This document shows positions 10,378 to 21,469 of a stretch of 64,000 nucleotides of DNA, piece after piece. A program made the translations under genes and the position numbers. Origin of the DNA: Eubacteriales bacterium (lineage in GTDB: Bacteria > Bacillota > Clostridia > Oscillospirales > CAG-272); NCBI GenBank assembly GCA_045659905.1, contig JAZRCT010000012.1:47538-111537 (forward strand), given 5' to 3'. A model generated the notes under the pieces. That model was given only the letters and a program-made list of their open reading frames with translations. It was not told the origin of the DNA and searched no databases. Position 1 is the stretch's first letter, and each line of letters begins with the position of its first letter.

Positions 10378-10833
10378 ATGAAGGCTGTTATACAAAGGGT
10401 TTCCTCTGCGAGAGTTTTTGCGGATGGCGAGTTTTGCTCCGAGATAAAGGCGGGACTTTATATTTTACTTGGAGTTGAGGCTGAGGATACGAGGCTTGAC
10501 GCCGAGCTTCTCGCAAACAAAATTGCAAAGCTCAGGATTTTTTCCGATGCAAACGGAAAAATGAATCTCTCCGTTACCGATATTTCAGGAGAGGCTTTGG
10601 TCGTATCCAATTTTACTCTTAATGCAAATTACAAGCACGGCAACCGCCCCGATTATTTCAGCGGTGCGAGACCTGAGCTTGCAAACGAGCTTTATTCCTA
10701 TTTCATTGCCGAGATAAGGCAGAAAATAGGTAAGTGCGCCGAGGGAAAATTCGGCAGTGATATGAAATCTGAGGTTACTCTCGACGGTCCTGTGACTATT
10801 GTGATGTATTCAAAGGATTTGATAAAGGGATAA
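10378..10833 (+). CDS. dtd: D-aminoacyl-tRNA deacylase
   Basis: MKAVIQRV...VSNFTL...DGPVT; conserved position after rel. Confidence 0.95.
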   Translation: MKAVIQRVSSARVFADGEFCSEIKAGLYILLGVEAEDTRLDAELLANKIAKLRIFSDANGKMNLSVTDISGEALVVSNFTLNANYKHGNRPDYFSGARPELANELYSYFIAEIRQKIGKCAEGKFGSDMKSEVTLDGPVTIVMYSKDLIKG

Positions 10834-10849
10834 TTCCATTTGAAAGGTT

Positions 10850-12370
10850 TTGCCTTATATGGTTTTAAAAATTGACGGAAATATAAATAAATATTATGTA
10901 GAGATGCTATGTATGGTGTTTTTCCCGGGTGCTACCTTCGGTGAAAACGAAAAGTCCGAGGACGGGCTACCCGAGGTCAGCGTTTCGGTTCACTCGGAAG
11001 AGGAGACGACTGTTACGGCGTATGCATCTATGAAGCTTAACGATAAAATATGCGAGGCTACCGCTACTGTCAGCAAGCAGGAAAAGGTCACTATCGCTAC
11101 TCACGAGGCTATTGCCGTTGGACGAGCAATTTTCTCTGCGGGTAAGGAGCTTTTGGGGCATATTCCCCCTTGGGGAATACTTACCGGTATTCGCCCTGCT
11201 AAAATAGCAGGTAGGCTTCTCTCTGAGGGCAACGGAGTGCTAAAAAGCAAGCGTGTGCTTCGTGACGAGTATTTTCTTAATCCGCAGAAGGCGTCGCTTG
11301 CGGTGACCGTGGCTCAGAATGAAAGCAAGATTCTTAAGCGAGCGCCTAAGGGGGCCTGCTCGGTATATATTTCGATACCGTTTTGCCCATCACGCTGCGC
11401 TTATTGCAGCTTCGTTTCTTATACCTCAAAGAAGCTTTTGTCATTGATAGACCCCTATATTGACGCTCTTGTCGATGAGCTTGATGCTGTTTTTGACACT
11501 ATTGACAGGCTTAAATTTGGGGTTGCTACCGTGTATATCGGCGGAGGCACGCCTACTACGCTGACACCCTCGCAGCTAGAGCGTGTTTTATCTAAAATTT
11601 CTTCGAGGATTGATACCTTTTCGCTTGCCGAATTTACTCTCGAGGCAGGCAGACCTGATACGATTACCAAGGAAAAGCTTGATATTGCAGTCAAATACGG
11701 AGTGTCGAGAATAAGCGTAAATCCGCAGACTCTTAATAATTCTATTTTAAAGGAAATAGGCAGAAAGCATACCGTAGAGGATTTTTATTCGGCATATAAG
11801 CTTGCTGCTGAGAGCGGAATAAGAGATATTAACGTAGACCTGATAGCAGGTCTTCCGGGTGATGATTTCAGAAATTTCTCCGAAACTCTTGATAAAATAA
11901 TCGAGCTTAATCCATCTAATATCACAGTACATACCTTCTGCGTCAAGAAGGCGTCTGACGCACTGAAAAACAACTCGAATATATACTCCGTTTCGGGCGG
12001 TGACGCCAACAAATGCGTGTCGTATTCTCAGCTCAATACTAAGTTTGCGGGATATAGACCTTACTATATGTACCGTCAGAAGAATACTGTTGGAAATCTT
12101 GAAAACGTCGGATTTGCAAAGGAAGGTCACGAGGGACTTTACAACGTCTATATGATGGAGGAGGTACAGACTATTTTTGCCGTTGGCGCAGGTGCTGTTA
12201 CTAAGCTTGTAAAGCCCGATTTGCCTCAAAACGCCAAGGACAGAATAGTAAGAATTTTCGCTCCGAAATATCCGTACGAATATTTGAAAAGCTATGAGAA
12301 AAGGTGCAGTGCAGAGGAAAAAACGCTTCCCGAAAGCTGTATCCGTGCGCTTGAATTCTTCTCGGAATAA
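10850..12370 (+). CDS. hemZ: Radical SAM coproporphyrinogen dehydrogenase-like protein HemZ
   Basis: PWGILTGIRP, CPSRCAYC radical SAM motif, YIGGGTPT, PYYMYRQK. Confidence 0.9.
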   Translation: MPYMVLKIDGNINKYYVEMLCMVFFPGATFGENEKSEDGLPEVSVSVHSEEETTVTAYASMKLNDKICEATATVSKQEKVTIATHEAIAVGRAIFSAGKELLGHIPPWGILTGIRPAKIAGRLLSEGNGVLKSKRVLRDEYFLNPQKASLAVTVAQNESKILKRAPKGACSVYISIPFCPSRCAYCSFVSYTSKKLLSLIDPYIDALVDELDAVFDTIDRLKFGVATVYIGGGTPTTLTPSQLERVLSKISSRIDTFSLAEFTLEAGRPDTITKEKLDIAVKYGVSRISVNPQTLNNSILKEIGRKHTVEDFYSAYKLAAESGIRDINVDLIAGLPGDDFRNFSETLDKIIELNPSNITVHTFCVKKASDALKNNSNIYSVSGGDANKCVSYSQLNTKFAGYRPYYMYRQKNTVGNLENVGFAKEGHEGLYNVYMMEEVQTIFAVGAGAVTKLVKPDLPQNAKDRIVRIFAPKYPYEYLKSYEKRCSAEEKTLPESCIRALEFFSE

Positions 12371-12424
12371 TCAGAAGTATAAAAAACAAGGATTGCTAAT
12401 ATGATTTAGTAATCCTTTTTTATT

Positions 12425-14038
12425 TTGGAGCTTGAAATGATTAAGAGTATAGAAAAAAGCCGTGACAAAGCGGCAAAGGGTGCGGTTTATCTTACACTAT
12501 CCGTTCTCACTGTGAAAATAATAGGCTTTGTATATAAGCTGCCGATTTCTTATCTTATCGGTGACGAGGGAATGGGTTATTTTAACACTGCCTATACAGT
12601 ATTTTCTTTCTTTTATTTAATATGCACCGGTGGCGTGCCAAAGGCAGTATCACTTCTTGTGGCGGAGGAAAGCGGAAGGGGAAGTGAGGCGCAGGGAATA
12701 AAAATCCTATTCTATGCAGTAAGGCTCTTTTCTGCTATCGGGGCAATTTTAACCTTAGGACTTTTAATTTTTGCAAATTCTATTGCATCACTGATAGGTA
12801 ACAGCCTTGCCGGTTTTTCTCTTGTTTGCATAGCGCCGTCGCTGCTTTTTGTCGCCTCGGGCGGTGTTTTGCGAGGCTATCTTAACGGGAAAATGAAGCT
12901 TTCCGCAGTAGCGGTATCTTCGCTTGTAGAGGGAGTATTTAAATTTATTCTGGGACTCAGCTTTGCAATCCTCGGCGTAAGGCTTGGCTTTAGTGTACCG
13001 ATAATTTCGGGACTTACAATACTTGGTATAAGTATTTCAAGCTTTATTTCAACGCTTATCCTTTATTTATATTGTAGAAAAAGCCTTGCAAACCGTACAA
13101 AGGAGAAAAAAACTAATGAGTGCGCCGATATATTGAGGTCGCTTTTAAAAATTGCTTTGCCTATAACGCTGAGTACTGCTATAAGCGGTCTTTCTTCGAT
13201 GATAGATTTATCGCTTATTATGAGGAGACTTTTGGCGCTTGGACTAAGCGAGCTTGAAGCAGGAGCTCTTTATGGAAATTACACTACGTTGGCACTTCCG
13301 CTTTTGAGCTTTGCAACCTCGCTTTTAGTTCCTATTTGTACGGCTTGCGCCCCGCTTATAGCTTCGGATTTTGCTAAGAGAGATTTTGACTCGGTAAGAG
13401 AAAACGCCGAAAAATTCTTTAAGGCTACCGCCTTTTTCGCTATACCTGCAAGCCTCGGTTTTTTATTCTTTGGCGAGGAGATTCTTATGCTTCTTTTTGA
13501 GGATAGCTCTGCTAAAATCGCTACTCCTATGCTTTTTGCTCTTTCGCCATCTGTGGTGTTTTTATCGGTACTTACGCTTGTAAATACCTTTCTTGAGGCT
13601 ATCGGGCGCGCAAAGTCGGCGCTTCTTTCTATGGCAATCGGTTGCGGAGTAAAGGTGATTTTGAGCTATGTGCTTTTAGGAAACGAGAGGATTTCAATCC
13701 TTGGAGCACCAATCAGCACGACCGTTTCATATGCGGTTTCTATGTTGATTTCGGTTTTAATATTCTATAAATCAACGGGATGCTTAATTACAGCGCAACG
13801 GTCTTTGTTTAAAATAGGACTTGTATCGTTAGTTTCCGTATCCTCTGCAAGAGCCTTGTATCTTGCCATATGCAAGAGCGAGTGTTCTTGGCTAAGCTTT
13901 CTTATTTGTTTGATTTTGTGCGTGGTTATATATCTTTTTCTTTCTATGTTTTTTGGAATTTTTGAACTTAAAAGGGACGGAATTATGTCAAATATAACAA
14001 AAAATAGTAGAAATAATTGGCAAAAAAGACGAAATTAG
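12425..14038 (+). CDS. MOP/MATE-superfamily flippase, SpoVB/YabM-like
   Basis: ~14 TM segments, KIIGFVYKLP...GDEGMG motif; synteny with hup-yabO-yabP-yabQ. Confidence 0.85.
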   Translation: MELEMIKSIEKSRDKAAKGAVYLTLSVLTVKIIGFVYKLPISYLIGDEGMGYFNTAYTVFSFFYLICTGGVPKAVSLLVAEESGRGSEAQGIKILFYAVRLFSAIGAILTLGLLIFANSIASLIGNSLAGFSLVCIAPSLLFVASGGVLRGYLNGKMKLSAVAVSSLVEGVFKFILGLSFAILGVRLGFSVPIISGLTILGISISSFISTLILYLYCRKSLANRTKEKKTNECADILRSLLKIALPITLSTAISGLSSMIDLSLIMRRLLALGLSELEAGALYGNYTTLALPLLSFATSLLVPICTACAPLIASDFAKRDFDSVRENAEKFFKATAFFAIPASLGFLFFGEEILMLLFEDSSAKIATPMLFALSPSVVFLSVLTLVNTFLEAIGRAKSALLSMAIGCGVKVILSYVLLGNERISILGAPISTTVSYAVSMLISVLIFYKSTGCLITAQRSLFKIGLVSLVSVSSARALYLAICKSECSWLSFLICLILCVVIYLFLSMFFGIFELKRDGIMSNITKNSRNNWQKRRN

Positions 14039-14135
14039 TCAAAAAAAGCGCATTTTTTATGGTAATTACTTGCAAACTTATATTAAAATTGATATAATAA
14101 CTATGTAATTAAAATTTGAAAGGAAGTTTTAAACT

Positions 14136-14411
14136 ATGAACAAGAACGAACTCGTAAATGTTGTAGTAGCAGAGGCCGGTGTTTCAAAGAAAGAGGCAGA
14201 GGCTGTAGTTAACGCTACGTTTAAGGCTATCACAGACGCTCTTAAGGCGGGCGACAAGGTTTCTATTTTTGGCTTCGGCACGTTCGAGGTTAAGGCTATT
14301 GCCGAGAGAGAAGGACGCAATCCCCAGACCAACGAGACTATCACCATCGCAGCATACAATAAGCCCGCATTCTCAGCGGCTAAGGCGCTTAAGGACGCAG
14401 TTAACGAGTAA
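14136..14411 (+). CDS. hup: DNA-binding protein HU
   Basis: MNKNELV...FGFGTFEV...GRNPQT...PAF. Confidence 0.97.
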   Translation: MNKNELVNVVVAEAGVSKKEAEAVVNATFKAITDALKAGDKVSIFGFGTFEVKAIAEREGRNPQTNETITIAAYNKPAFSAAKALKDAVNE

Positions 14412-14412
14412 T

Positions 14413-14667
14413 ATGCGTCTGGATAAGTACCTCAAGGTTTCCAGATTGATAAAGCGTCGCACAGTTGCAAATGAAGCGTGCGACGCTTCTCGTATTTCTG
14501 TCAACGGAAAACAGGCAAAGGCATCTTACGACGTCAAGCTCGGCGACCTTATCACCGTAGCCTTTGGAGCAAAGACCGTTACTGTAAGGGTTCTTGAAAT
14601 TAAGGAAACCACGAAAAAGACCGAGAGTGTCGGAATGTATGAAATCGTATCCGAGAATAAGCTTTGA
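14413..14667 (+). CDS. yabO: S4-domain RNA-binding protein YabO/RqcP
   Basis: MRLDKYLKVSRLIKRRTVANEACD from ATG at 14413. Confidence 0.92.
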   Translation: MRLDKYLKVSRLIKRRTVANEACDASRISVNGKQAKASYDVKLGDLITVAFGAKTVTVRVLEIKETTKKTESVGMYEIVSENKL

Positions 14668-14777
14668 TTTGTCCTTGAAAATCTCGAAAGCGGTTCATTT
14701 ACGAATATTTTACATGCGTGAGCATACCTTTTAATAGGGAAATGCTTGCGCATTTTTTATTTTACCGGGAGGTTTTT

Positions 14778-15038
14778 ATGGAAGGTTCGGTTTTTCGCAA
14801 TCAGGTGCTTACGCTTAGCGGCGGTAAGACGCTCACCATAAGCGGAATAAAGGATATTATCGGCTTCGGTGACGGCGAAATTATGCTCGATGCAGAGGGG
14901 GGAAGAATAACAGTAGAGGGCGATGACTTAAAGATACAAAGCCTTACAAAGGAAGATGGAAATATACTTATTACAGGAGAAATCACTGGAATTTTCCGCT
15001 CGCCCGAGTCTAAAAAGAAGCGAGGATTTTTCGCTTGA
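14778..15038 (+). CDS. yabP: YabP/YqfC family sporulation protein
   Basis: LTISGIKDIIGF...ITVEGDDLKI...ITGEI; GGGAGG RBS; sigma-E-like GAATA-15-CATACCT upstream. Confidence 0.8.
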   Translation: MEGSVFRNQVLTLSGGKTLTISGIKDIIGFGDGEIMLDAEGGRITVEGDDLKIQSLTKEDGNILITGEITGIFRSPESKKKRGFFA

Positions 15039-15042
15039 AAAT

Positions 15043-15618
15043 ATGAAATATTTTTCGCTTAGTGAGATTTTTTCGTCGATTGTTGGCGCAGTAAGCTTCG
15101 GGGCTGTCTTTGGAGTGCTTCTGTCGGCTCTGGCAATCGTTTTTGATAATCTGACGGTTATTTTGAAAACGCCGTACAGAGCATTTATAATTGCCGATAA
15201 GCCGAGACTCTGGAGGATGGCGAGGCATATTACGGATAACGGAGCTCCGAGAAGCAAAATTCTTGTTTCGGTTAGGGATTTTTTATTTACCGTTTCTTTT
15301 GGTATTTCTTACATTTTCCTTATTTACCTCGTTTCCGACGGAATACCGAGATTATATATTTTGTTTTTTTCGGCGGGAGCTTCATTTGCGGTATATAAGC
15401 TTTTTGGCTTGCATTTAAGACGGCTTTTCAGAGCTTTATTTCTGTGGTTGTTCTCCTTTCTTACCTTGATTTTAGCATTGATGCTTGCATTACCTAAAAG
15501 AGCAATAATGCGTTTTCTGGTTCCTTTAGGTAATAAAGCTAAGAGTTTTTTTGCCGCTATATCCGGCAGGCTTTGCGTTATATTTCAAAAAAGAATTGTA
15601 AAAAAGGGTAAAAAATAA
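15043..15618 (+). CDS. yabQ: YabQ-like spore cortex membrane protein
   Basis: Hydrophobic, DFLF...DGIPRLY motif, directly after yabP. Confidence 0.65.
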   Translation: MKYFSLSEIFSSIVGAVSFGAVFGVLLSALAIVFDNLTVILKTPYRAFIIADKPRLWRMARHITDNGAPRSKILVSVRDFLFTVSFGISYIFLIYLVSDGIPRLYILFFSAGASFAVYKLFGLHLRRLFRALFLWLFSFLTLILALMLALPKRAIMRFLVPLGNKAKSFFAAISGRLCVIFQKRIVKKGKK

Positions 15619-15732
15619 CTTTTTAGTCAAAAATTGTCTAAATATATAAATAAATATATATAATAAACATTGACAATCCTTCTTTGGAGTGCTAAAATAT
15701 TTGTGAGAAATTATATCATTAAGGAGGATTTT

Positions 15733-17646
15733 ATGTCTGAAAATAATCTAGCGTCGTTTTATTTTCATCAGGGAACTAATTACAGTGCCTATGAATATCT
15801 TGGCTGTAATCTCGAAATAAGAAATGACGGTAAGTATGTTTACACCTTTAGGACTTGGGCGCCCCGTGCCGATGGTGTGTGCTTGGTTTCTGAATTCGCA
15901 GGCTGGAATTCTCCTATAATTATGCATAGAGTTACGGCAAACGGCATATACGAGTGCGAGTATATTTCGGACTGCTCGCTTGAGCGAAAGGCGTACAAGT
16001 TCAGAATTTACTCCGGCGGTAGAAGCTTTGACAAGGGCGACCCTTATGCAAGATTTTCAAAGGGCGGAGCAGACGGCGCATCGCTGATTTTTGCAGAAAG
16101 CAAATTCGTGTGGAGCGATAAGGCGTGGCTTTCCTACAGAGATAAGACCGTGACCTCAAAGGGCGGCTATTATCTTTCTGTGCCCGTAAATATTTATGAA
16201 GCTCATCTCGGAAGCTTTATGCGTCATGAGGAGGATAATTCCTACCTTTCTTATAGAGAAATAGCCGACAGTATGGTGCCGTATCTTAAGTTTATGGGTT
16301 ACACTCACGTAGAGTTTCTTCCGCTTGCCGAGTTTCCTTACGACGGCTCGTGGGGCTATCAGATATGCGGTTTTTATGCGCCTACATCACGCTTTGGCGA
16401 CCCTGACGATTTCCGTTATATGGTCAACAAATTTCACGAAAACGGTATCGGAGTAATTCTTGACTGGGTTCCTGCGCATTTTCCGCGCGATGCCTGGGGA
16501 CTTTTTGAATTTGACGGATATCCGTTATACGAATATCAGGGTAAGGATCGTATGGAATCACGCTCCTGGGGTACGAGATTCTTTGACTTAGGCAGGGAGG
16601 AGGTACAATGCTTCCTCGTTTCAAACGCCCTCTATTTTCTCAGGGAATTCCATCTCGACGGACTTCGTGTAGATGCGGTTGCATCAATGCTTTATCTTGA
16701 TTACGATAAAGAGCCGGGAGAGTGGATACCCAATCATATGGGCACTAATATCAACCTTGAGGGCGTTGCATTTATGCAAAAGCTTAATTCGGCTATCTTC
16801 AGGGAATTTCCGAGCGTTCTTATGATTGCTGAGGAATCTGCATCCTACGGAAAGATTACGCACCCCGTATCAAGCGGTGGGCTTGGCTTCAATCTTAAGT
16901 GGAATATGGGCTTCGCCAACGATTTCCACGATTACGTTATGACCGACCCGATATACAGAAAGCATCACCATTCGGCGTTGACGTTTCCTCTGATGTATGC
17001 ATTTTCCGAGAATTACGTTCTTCCAATTTCTCACGACGAAGTCGTACACGGAAAAATGTCCTTCCTCAACAAAATGCACGGTTCGATAGAGGACAAGTTT
17101 TTACAGATGCGTGTAGCTATGATGCTGATAGCCACCTACCCGGGCAAGAAGATGACCTTTATGGGTACGGAATACGGACAGTTCCGTGAGTGGGATTATG
17201 AGAATTCGCTCGAGTGGTTTATGCTTGATTACGAAAATCACAGGCAGATGCGCAATTATATCGCTTCGCTTAACAGGTTTTATCTGTCGCACAGCGAGCT
17301 TTACGATATTGATTTTTCGTATGAGGGCTTTGAGTGGCTTTCGGTGGACGAGAATGAGAAAAATCTTGTGGCGTATAGGCGCAAGAACCGCAAGGGACAG
17401 TCGCTTATAGTAATCGTAAGCTTTTCGGGAGCTTCGCAGAGCGTCACCGTGCCGATTGTAAAAAGCAACGTGGAATGTCTTTTCAATACGGGCAATATGG
17501 CGGATTTCAAAGAAATTTCCGCAGTAAGCAAGGCTGACGGCAAATACAGCCTGACGGTTCAGCTTCCGCCGTTTTCGGGAGTGATATTAAAAGAAAAAAA
17601 TAAAAATAAGAAAACTACGCTGAAGGAGAACAAATATGTATTGTAA
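15733..17646 (+). CDS. glgB: 1,4-alpha-glucan branching enzyme
   Basis: [39 protein letters not shown]; AAGGAGG RBS; TTGACA-17-TAAAAT promoter at 15670-15698. Confidence 0.97.
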   Translation: MSENNLASFYFHQGTNYSAYEYLGCNLEIRNDGKYVYTFRTWAPRADGVCLVSEFAGWNSPIIMHRVTANGIYECEYISDCSLERKAYKFRIYSGGRSFDKGDPYARFSKGGADGASLIFAESKFVWSDKAWLSYRDKTVTSKGGYYLSVPVNIYEAHLGSFMRHEEDNSYLSYREIADSMVPYLKFMGYTHVEFLPLAEFPYDGSWGYQICGFYAPTSRFGDPDDFRYMVNKFHENGIGVILDWVPAHFPRDAWGLFEFDGYPLYEYQGKDRMESRSWGTRFFDLGREEVQCFLVSNALYFLREFHLDGLRVDAVASMLYLDYDKEPGEWIPNHMGTNINLEGVAFMQKLNSAIFREFPSVLMIAEESASYGKITHPVSSGGLGFNLKWNMGFANDFHDYVMTDPIYRKHHHSALTFPLMYAFSENYVLPISHDEVVHGKMSFLNKMHGSIEDKFLQMRVAMMLIATYPGKKMTFMGTEYGQFREWDYENSLEWFMLDYENHRQMRNYIASLNRFYLSHSELYDIDFSYEGFEWLSVDENEKNLVAYRRKNRKGQSLIVIVSFSGASQSVTVPIVKSNVECLFNTGNMADFKEISAVSKADGKYSLTVQLPPFSGVILKEKNKNKKTTLKENKYVL

Positions 17647-18793
17647 AAAAGAATGCATAGCGATGCTGCTTGCAGGCGGTCAGGGCTCAAGACTTTACGA
17701 CCTCACCAAGCAGACCGCAAAGCCCGCAGTTTCATTCGGAGGTAAGTACAAGATTATAGACTTTCCGCTTTCCAACTGCATAAATTCGGGAATTGATACG
17801 GTTGGCGTTCTTACGCAGTATCAGCCCCTTGCGCTCAATGAATACATAGGAAACGGAGCTACTTGGGATCTTGACCGCTCCAGAGGCGGACTTTCCGTGC
17901 TTCCTCCTTATCAGGGCAACAAAAAGAGCGACTGGTATAAGGGCACCGCAAACGCAATTTATCAGAATATTACCTTTATAAAGCAGTACAATCCTGATTA
18001 CGTGCTTATTCTTTCGGGCGACCATATTTACAGAATGGATTATTCAAAGATGCTTGCTCAGCATAAGAAGACTAAGGCTGCCTGCACCGTAGCGACTATC
18101 ACAGTTCCTATGGAGGAGGCTTCAAGATTCGGTATTTGCAATACAAACGACGACGATACGATTTACGAGTTCGAAGAGAAGCCTAAGAAGCCTAAGTGCA
18201 ATCAGGCGTCTATGGGTATTTATATCTTTAATACCAAGACTCTTATCGAATATCTTGAAAAGGACGAGCTTGACGAGACATCGAAAAACGACTTCGGTAA
18301 AAATATTATCCCAAGCCTTCTTGCCGACGGCGAAAAGCTTATGGCTTACAGATTTGAGGGTTATTGGAAGGACGTAGGTACTATTTCTTCTCTTTGGGAA
18401 GCTAATATGGACCTTATCGGCGACGACCCCGTCCTTAATCTTCGTGACAGAAAATTCAGGATTTATTCAAAGAACGAGGCAAGACCTCCCCAGTTTGTAG
18501 GTGAGGGCGCAACTATGATAAATTCTATGATATCCGAGGGCTGCCGTATATACGGTAAGGTTGTAAATTCCATTCTTTCCGGCGGCGTAATTATCGAGGA
18601 GGGAGCAGAGGTTCGCGATTCGGTAATTATGGACGACGTTACTGTAAAGAGCGGAGCAGGCGTTTACACCGCAATTATAGATTCCGACGCAGTCGTACTT
18701 GAGGGCGCAACTGTTGGCAAGTGCGGAGCTTCAAAATCCGAGATTACGGTCATTGCCAAGGGCACGAGAGTTAAGCCTGAGGCAGGGAATTAA
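17636..18793 (+). CDS. glgC: Glucose-1-phosphate adenylyltransferase
   Basis: [32 protein letters not shown]. Confidence 0.97.
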   Translation: MYCKKECIAMLLAGGQGSRLYDLTKQTAKPAVSFGGKYKIIDFPLSNCINSGIDTVGVLTQYQPLALNEYIGNGATWDLDRSRGGLSVLPPYQGNKKSDWYKGTANAIYQNITFIKQYNPDYVLILSGDHIYRMDYSKMLAQHKKTKAACTVATITVPMEEASRFGICNTNDDDTIYEFEEKPKKPKCNQASMGIYIFNTKTLIEYLEKDELDETSKNDFGKNIIPSLLADGEKLMAYRFEGYWKDVGTISSLWEANMDLIGDDPVLNLRDRKFRIYSKNEARPPQFVGEGATMINSMISEGCRIYGKVVNSILSGGVIIEEGAEVRDSVIMDDVTVKSGAGVYTAIIDSDAVVLEGATVGKCGASKSEITVIAKGTRVKPEAGN

Positions 18794-18807
18794 GGAGGTA
18801 TACAATA

Positions 18808-19938
18808 ATGGCTATCAGTGCAGCAGGTATAGTTTTTTCAAATCTTAACAATAATACCTTGTCAAGGCTTACGAGAGACAGAACGGTTGCGGCAATCCCC
18901 TTTGCGTGCAGATACCGTCTTATAGACTTTGCTCTTTCAAATCTCGTAAATGCTAATATTTCCAAAATTCACGTAATAGCAAATTATAATTATCGCTCGC
19001 TTGTTGAGCATATTGGTTCGGGTAAGGACTGGGATCTTGCAAGAAGAAAGGACGGCGTTAACGTAATTTCGCCATTCCAGACCGCTACTAATGCAAATGC
19101 GACCGTTTTTTCAACCCATATGGAGGCGCTTAAGAGTATAAAGGAATATATCAATGAGTTTACCGAGGACTATGTAGTGCTTATAGACTCTGATACCGTA
19201 CTCAATATAGACCTTGCGGATGTAATTGCTACTCACGAGAAGACCGGAGCTAACTTTACAGTGGTTACCAGGACTCTTGAGCCCGGATTTACCTCAAAGC
19301 ATCCTAGGATTATGATAAGCTCGGTAGCGGGAAAGATTACCGATATAGCTATGGGAGATTCTTATTCCGAAAGCTATCCTGAGCTTGCGCTTAATATTTT
19401 CGTTATGCAGACCGACTATCTTCGCCATCTTATAGAGGAGGCAGAGGCTCACGGTATAGGCAGTCTTACCAGTATGCTGCTTTCCAGATATAAGCATTCC
19501 AATTTCAGGACTTATAGCTTCAAGGGCTATGCGGCAACCGTTTCCAGCTTCCTTGATTATTACAAGTATTCCATTCAGCTTGCGGGCGACGAGGAGGCTC
19601 GAGCATCGCTGCTTTGGAAGAAGGAAGCGCCTATATTCACGAGAGTACACAACTCTGCACCCGTGGTTTATACCAAGACCGCAAGAGTAGAGAATTCTAT
19701 GATTGCAGACGATTGCGTTATTGAGGGAACGGTTATTAATTCAGTTCTTTCAAGAGGCGTTCACGTAGCTAAGGGCGCTGTTGTTGAGAATTCGATTCTT
19801 TTTAAGGAAACAGAGGTTGGTAAGAACGCTCACCTTAATTGCATCGTTACCGATAAGGATGTAAAGATTACCGACGGCGTCACCCTTTCGGGAAATTCTA
19901 ATATGCCCTTCTTCGTACAAAAGGGAAGAAAGGTTTAA
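18808..19938 (+). CDS. glgD: Glucose-1-phosphate adenylyltransferase regulatory subunit
   Basis: RYRLIDFALSN, HIGSGKDWDLARR; follows glgC. Confidence 0.93.
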   Translation: MAISAAGIVFSNLNNNTLSRLTRDRTVAAIPFACRYRLIDFALSNLVNANISKIHVIANYNYRSLVEHIGSGKDWDLARRKDGVNVISPFQTATNANATVFSTHMEALKSIKEYINEFTEDYVVLIDSDTVLNIDLADVIATHEKTGANFTVVTRTLEPGFTSKHPRIMISSVAGKITDIAMGDSYSESYPELALNIFVMQTDYLRHLIEEAEAHGIGSLTSMLLSRYKHSNFRTYSFKGYAATVSSFLDYYKYSIQLAGDEEARASLLWKKEAPIFTRVHNSAPVVYTKTARVENSMIADDCVIEGTVINSVLSRGVHVAKGAVVENSILFKETEVGKNAHLNCIVTDKDVKITDGVTLSGNSNMPFFVQKGRKV

Positions 19939-20026
19939 TTCCTGCAGTGAGAGTTAAGTGCGCTGGGGATAAATTCCGGCGGCTTGATTCGGCTGAGGAC
20001 TAAAGAATCAGAAAGGAACGTTTTAT

Positions 20027-21454
20027 ATGAAAATTTTATATGTTACCAGCGAAGCCAATCCATATGCTGCAAGCGGCGGACTCGGAGACGTTATGGGCGC
20101 TTTGCCTATTACTCTTGCTGAGCAAAATCCCGACGCTGAGGTTTCGGTTATAATGCCTCTTTACGGGCATATGAAGCCTGAGCATAGAAAAAAGCTTACC
20201 TGGGTTACCGATATATCATTTAAGCTTGCCTGGAGAGATACGGGAGCATCGGTTTATAAAATCCAGAACGGTAGGGTGACTTACTATTTCCTTGAAAATC
20301 ATCAATACTTTGACCGTGGAAGACTTTACGGTGAAATGGACGACGGCGAGAGATTTGCCTTTTTCTCGCTTGCAGTTGTGGAGTTTATGCTTCAGTACGG
20401 CTATTACCCCGATATCCTTCACGCTAACGATTGGCAGTCTGCGCTTAGCGTAATTTATCTTAAGACTAAATTTAAGCCTATCGATGCGCTTTACTCGGTT
20501 CGTACGGTATTTACGATACACAATATTGAGTATCAGGGTAAATTCGGCTCTAACGTTCTCGGCGACGTTTTTGGTCTTGACGGCTTTTATGACGTCGTGG
20601 AGTATGACGGCTGTGTAAACCTTATGAAGGGTGCGCTGACCGTTTCTGACTATATCACCACAGTAAGCCCCAATTACGCATACGAAATTCATCATAATTT
20701 CTTTGCATTCGGGCTTGCCGATATAGTTTCTTCGGTGTCTTACAAGCTTTCCGGCGTTATAAACGGAATTGATTACGATTATTTCTCGCCTGAGCTTGGC
20801 GGCGATATATATTATGCATATTCTAAGGACAACCTAAAGGAGGGCAAGCGAGAGAATAAGCTTGCGCTTCAGCGTGAAATCGGACTTCCCGAGAATCCTG
20901 ACGTCCCTCTTGTTGTTATGATTACTCGTCTTACGGCTACTAAAGGACTTGACCTTGTGGCAAGAATAATAGATGAGTTCCTCAGCGAGAATGTGCAGTT
21001 TGCGCTTCTTGGCACAGGGGATTTCGAGTACGAGGCTGCTTTTTCGGAGCTTGAGCAAAGACATTCTAATTTCAAGGCTCTGATTAAGTTCGACCGTGTG
21101 CTTTCAAAGAAGATGTATGCGGCGGCAGATATTTTCTGTATGCCCTCAAAGAGCGAGCCTTGCGGTCTTGCTCAGATGATTTCCTGCTCTTACGGAACGG
21201 TTCCGGTAGTGAGAAGCGTAGGAGGTCTTTACGATTCTATCAAATCCTACGGCGAAGAGGGCTCTAACGGCTTCAGATTTGATAATTACAATGCTCACGA
21301 GCTGCTTTACACCCTAAAGCGTGCGATATATCTTTACTCTGATAACAAGAGCGAATGGGATGCGCTCGTTATGAGAGCTAAGCTTTCGGATTTCTCGTGG
21401 GAAATTTCTGCAAATAAATATATGAATATATATGATAAAATGTCTAAATGGTAA
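20027..21454 (+). CDS. glgA: Glycogen synthase
   Basis: GGLGDV, HANDWQ, INGID, PSKSEPCGL. Confidence 0.95.
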   Translation: MKILYVTSEANPYAASGGLGDVMGALPITLAEQNPDAEVSVIMPLYGHMKPEHRKKLTWVTDISFKLAWRDTGASVYKIQNGRVTYYFLENHQYFDRGRLYGEMDDGERFAFFSLAVVEFMLQYGYYPDILHANDWQSALSVIYLKTKFKPIDALYSVRTVFTIHNIEYQGKFGSNVLGDVFGLDGFYDVVEYDGCVNLMKGALTVSDYITTVSPNYAYEIHHNFFAFGLADIVSSVSYKLSGVINGIDYDYFSPELGGDIYYAYSKDNLKEGKRENKLALQREIGLPENPDVPLVVMITRLTATKGLDLVARIIDEFLSENVQFALLGTGDFEYEAAFSELEQRHSNFKALIKFDRVLSKKMYAAADIFCMPSKSEPCGLAQMISCSYGTVPVVRSVGGLYDSIKSYGEEGSNGFRFDNYNAHELLYTLKRAIYLYSDNKSEWDALVMRAKLSDFSWEISANKYMNIYDKMSKW

Positions 21455-21469
21455 GGAAGAAAAAAATTA

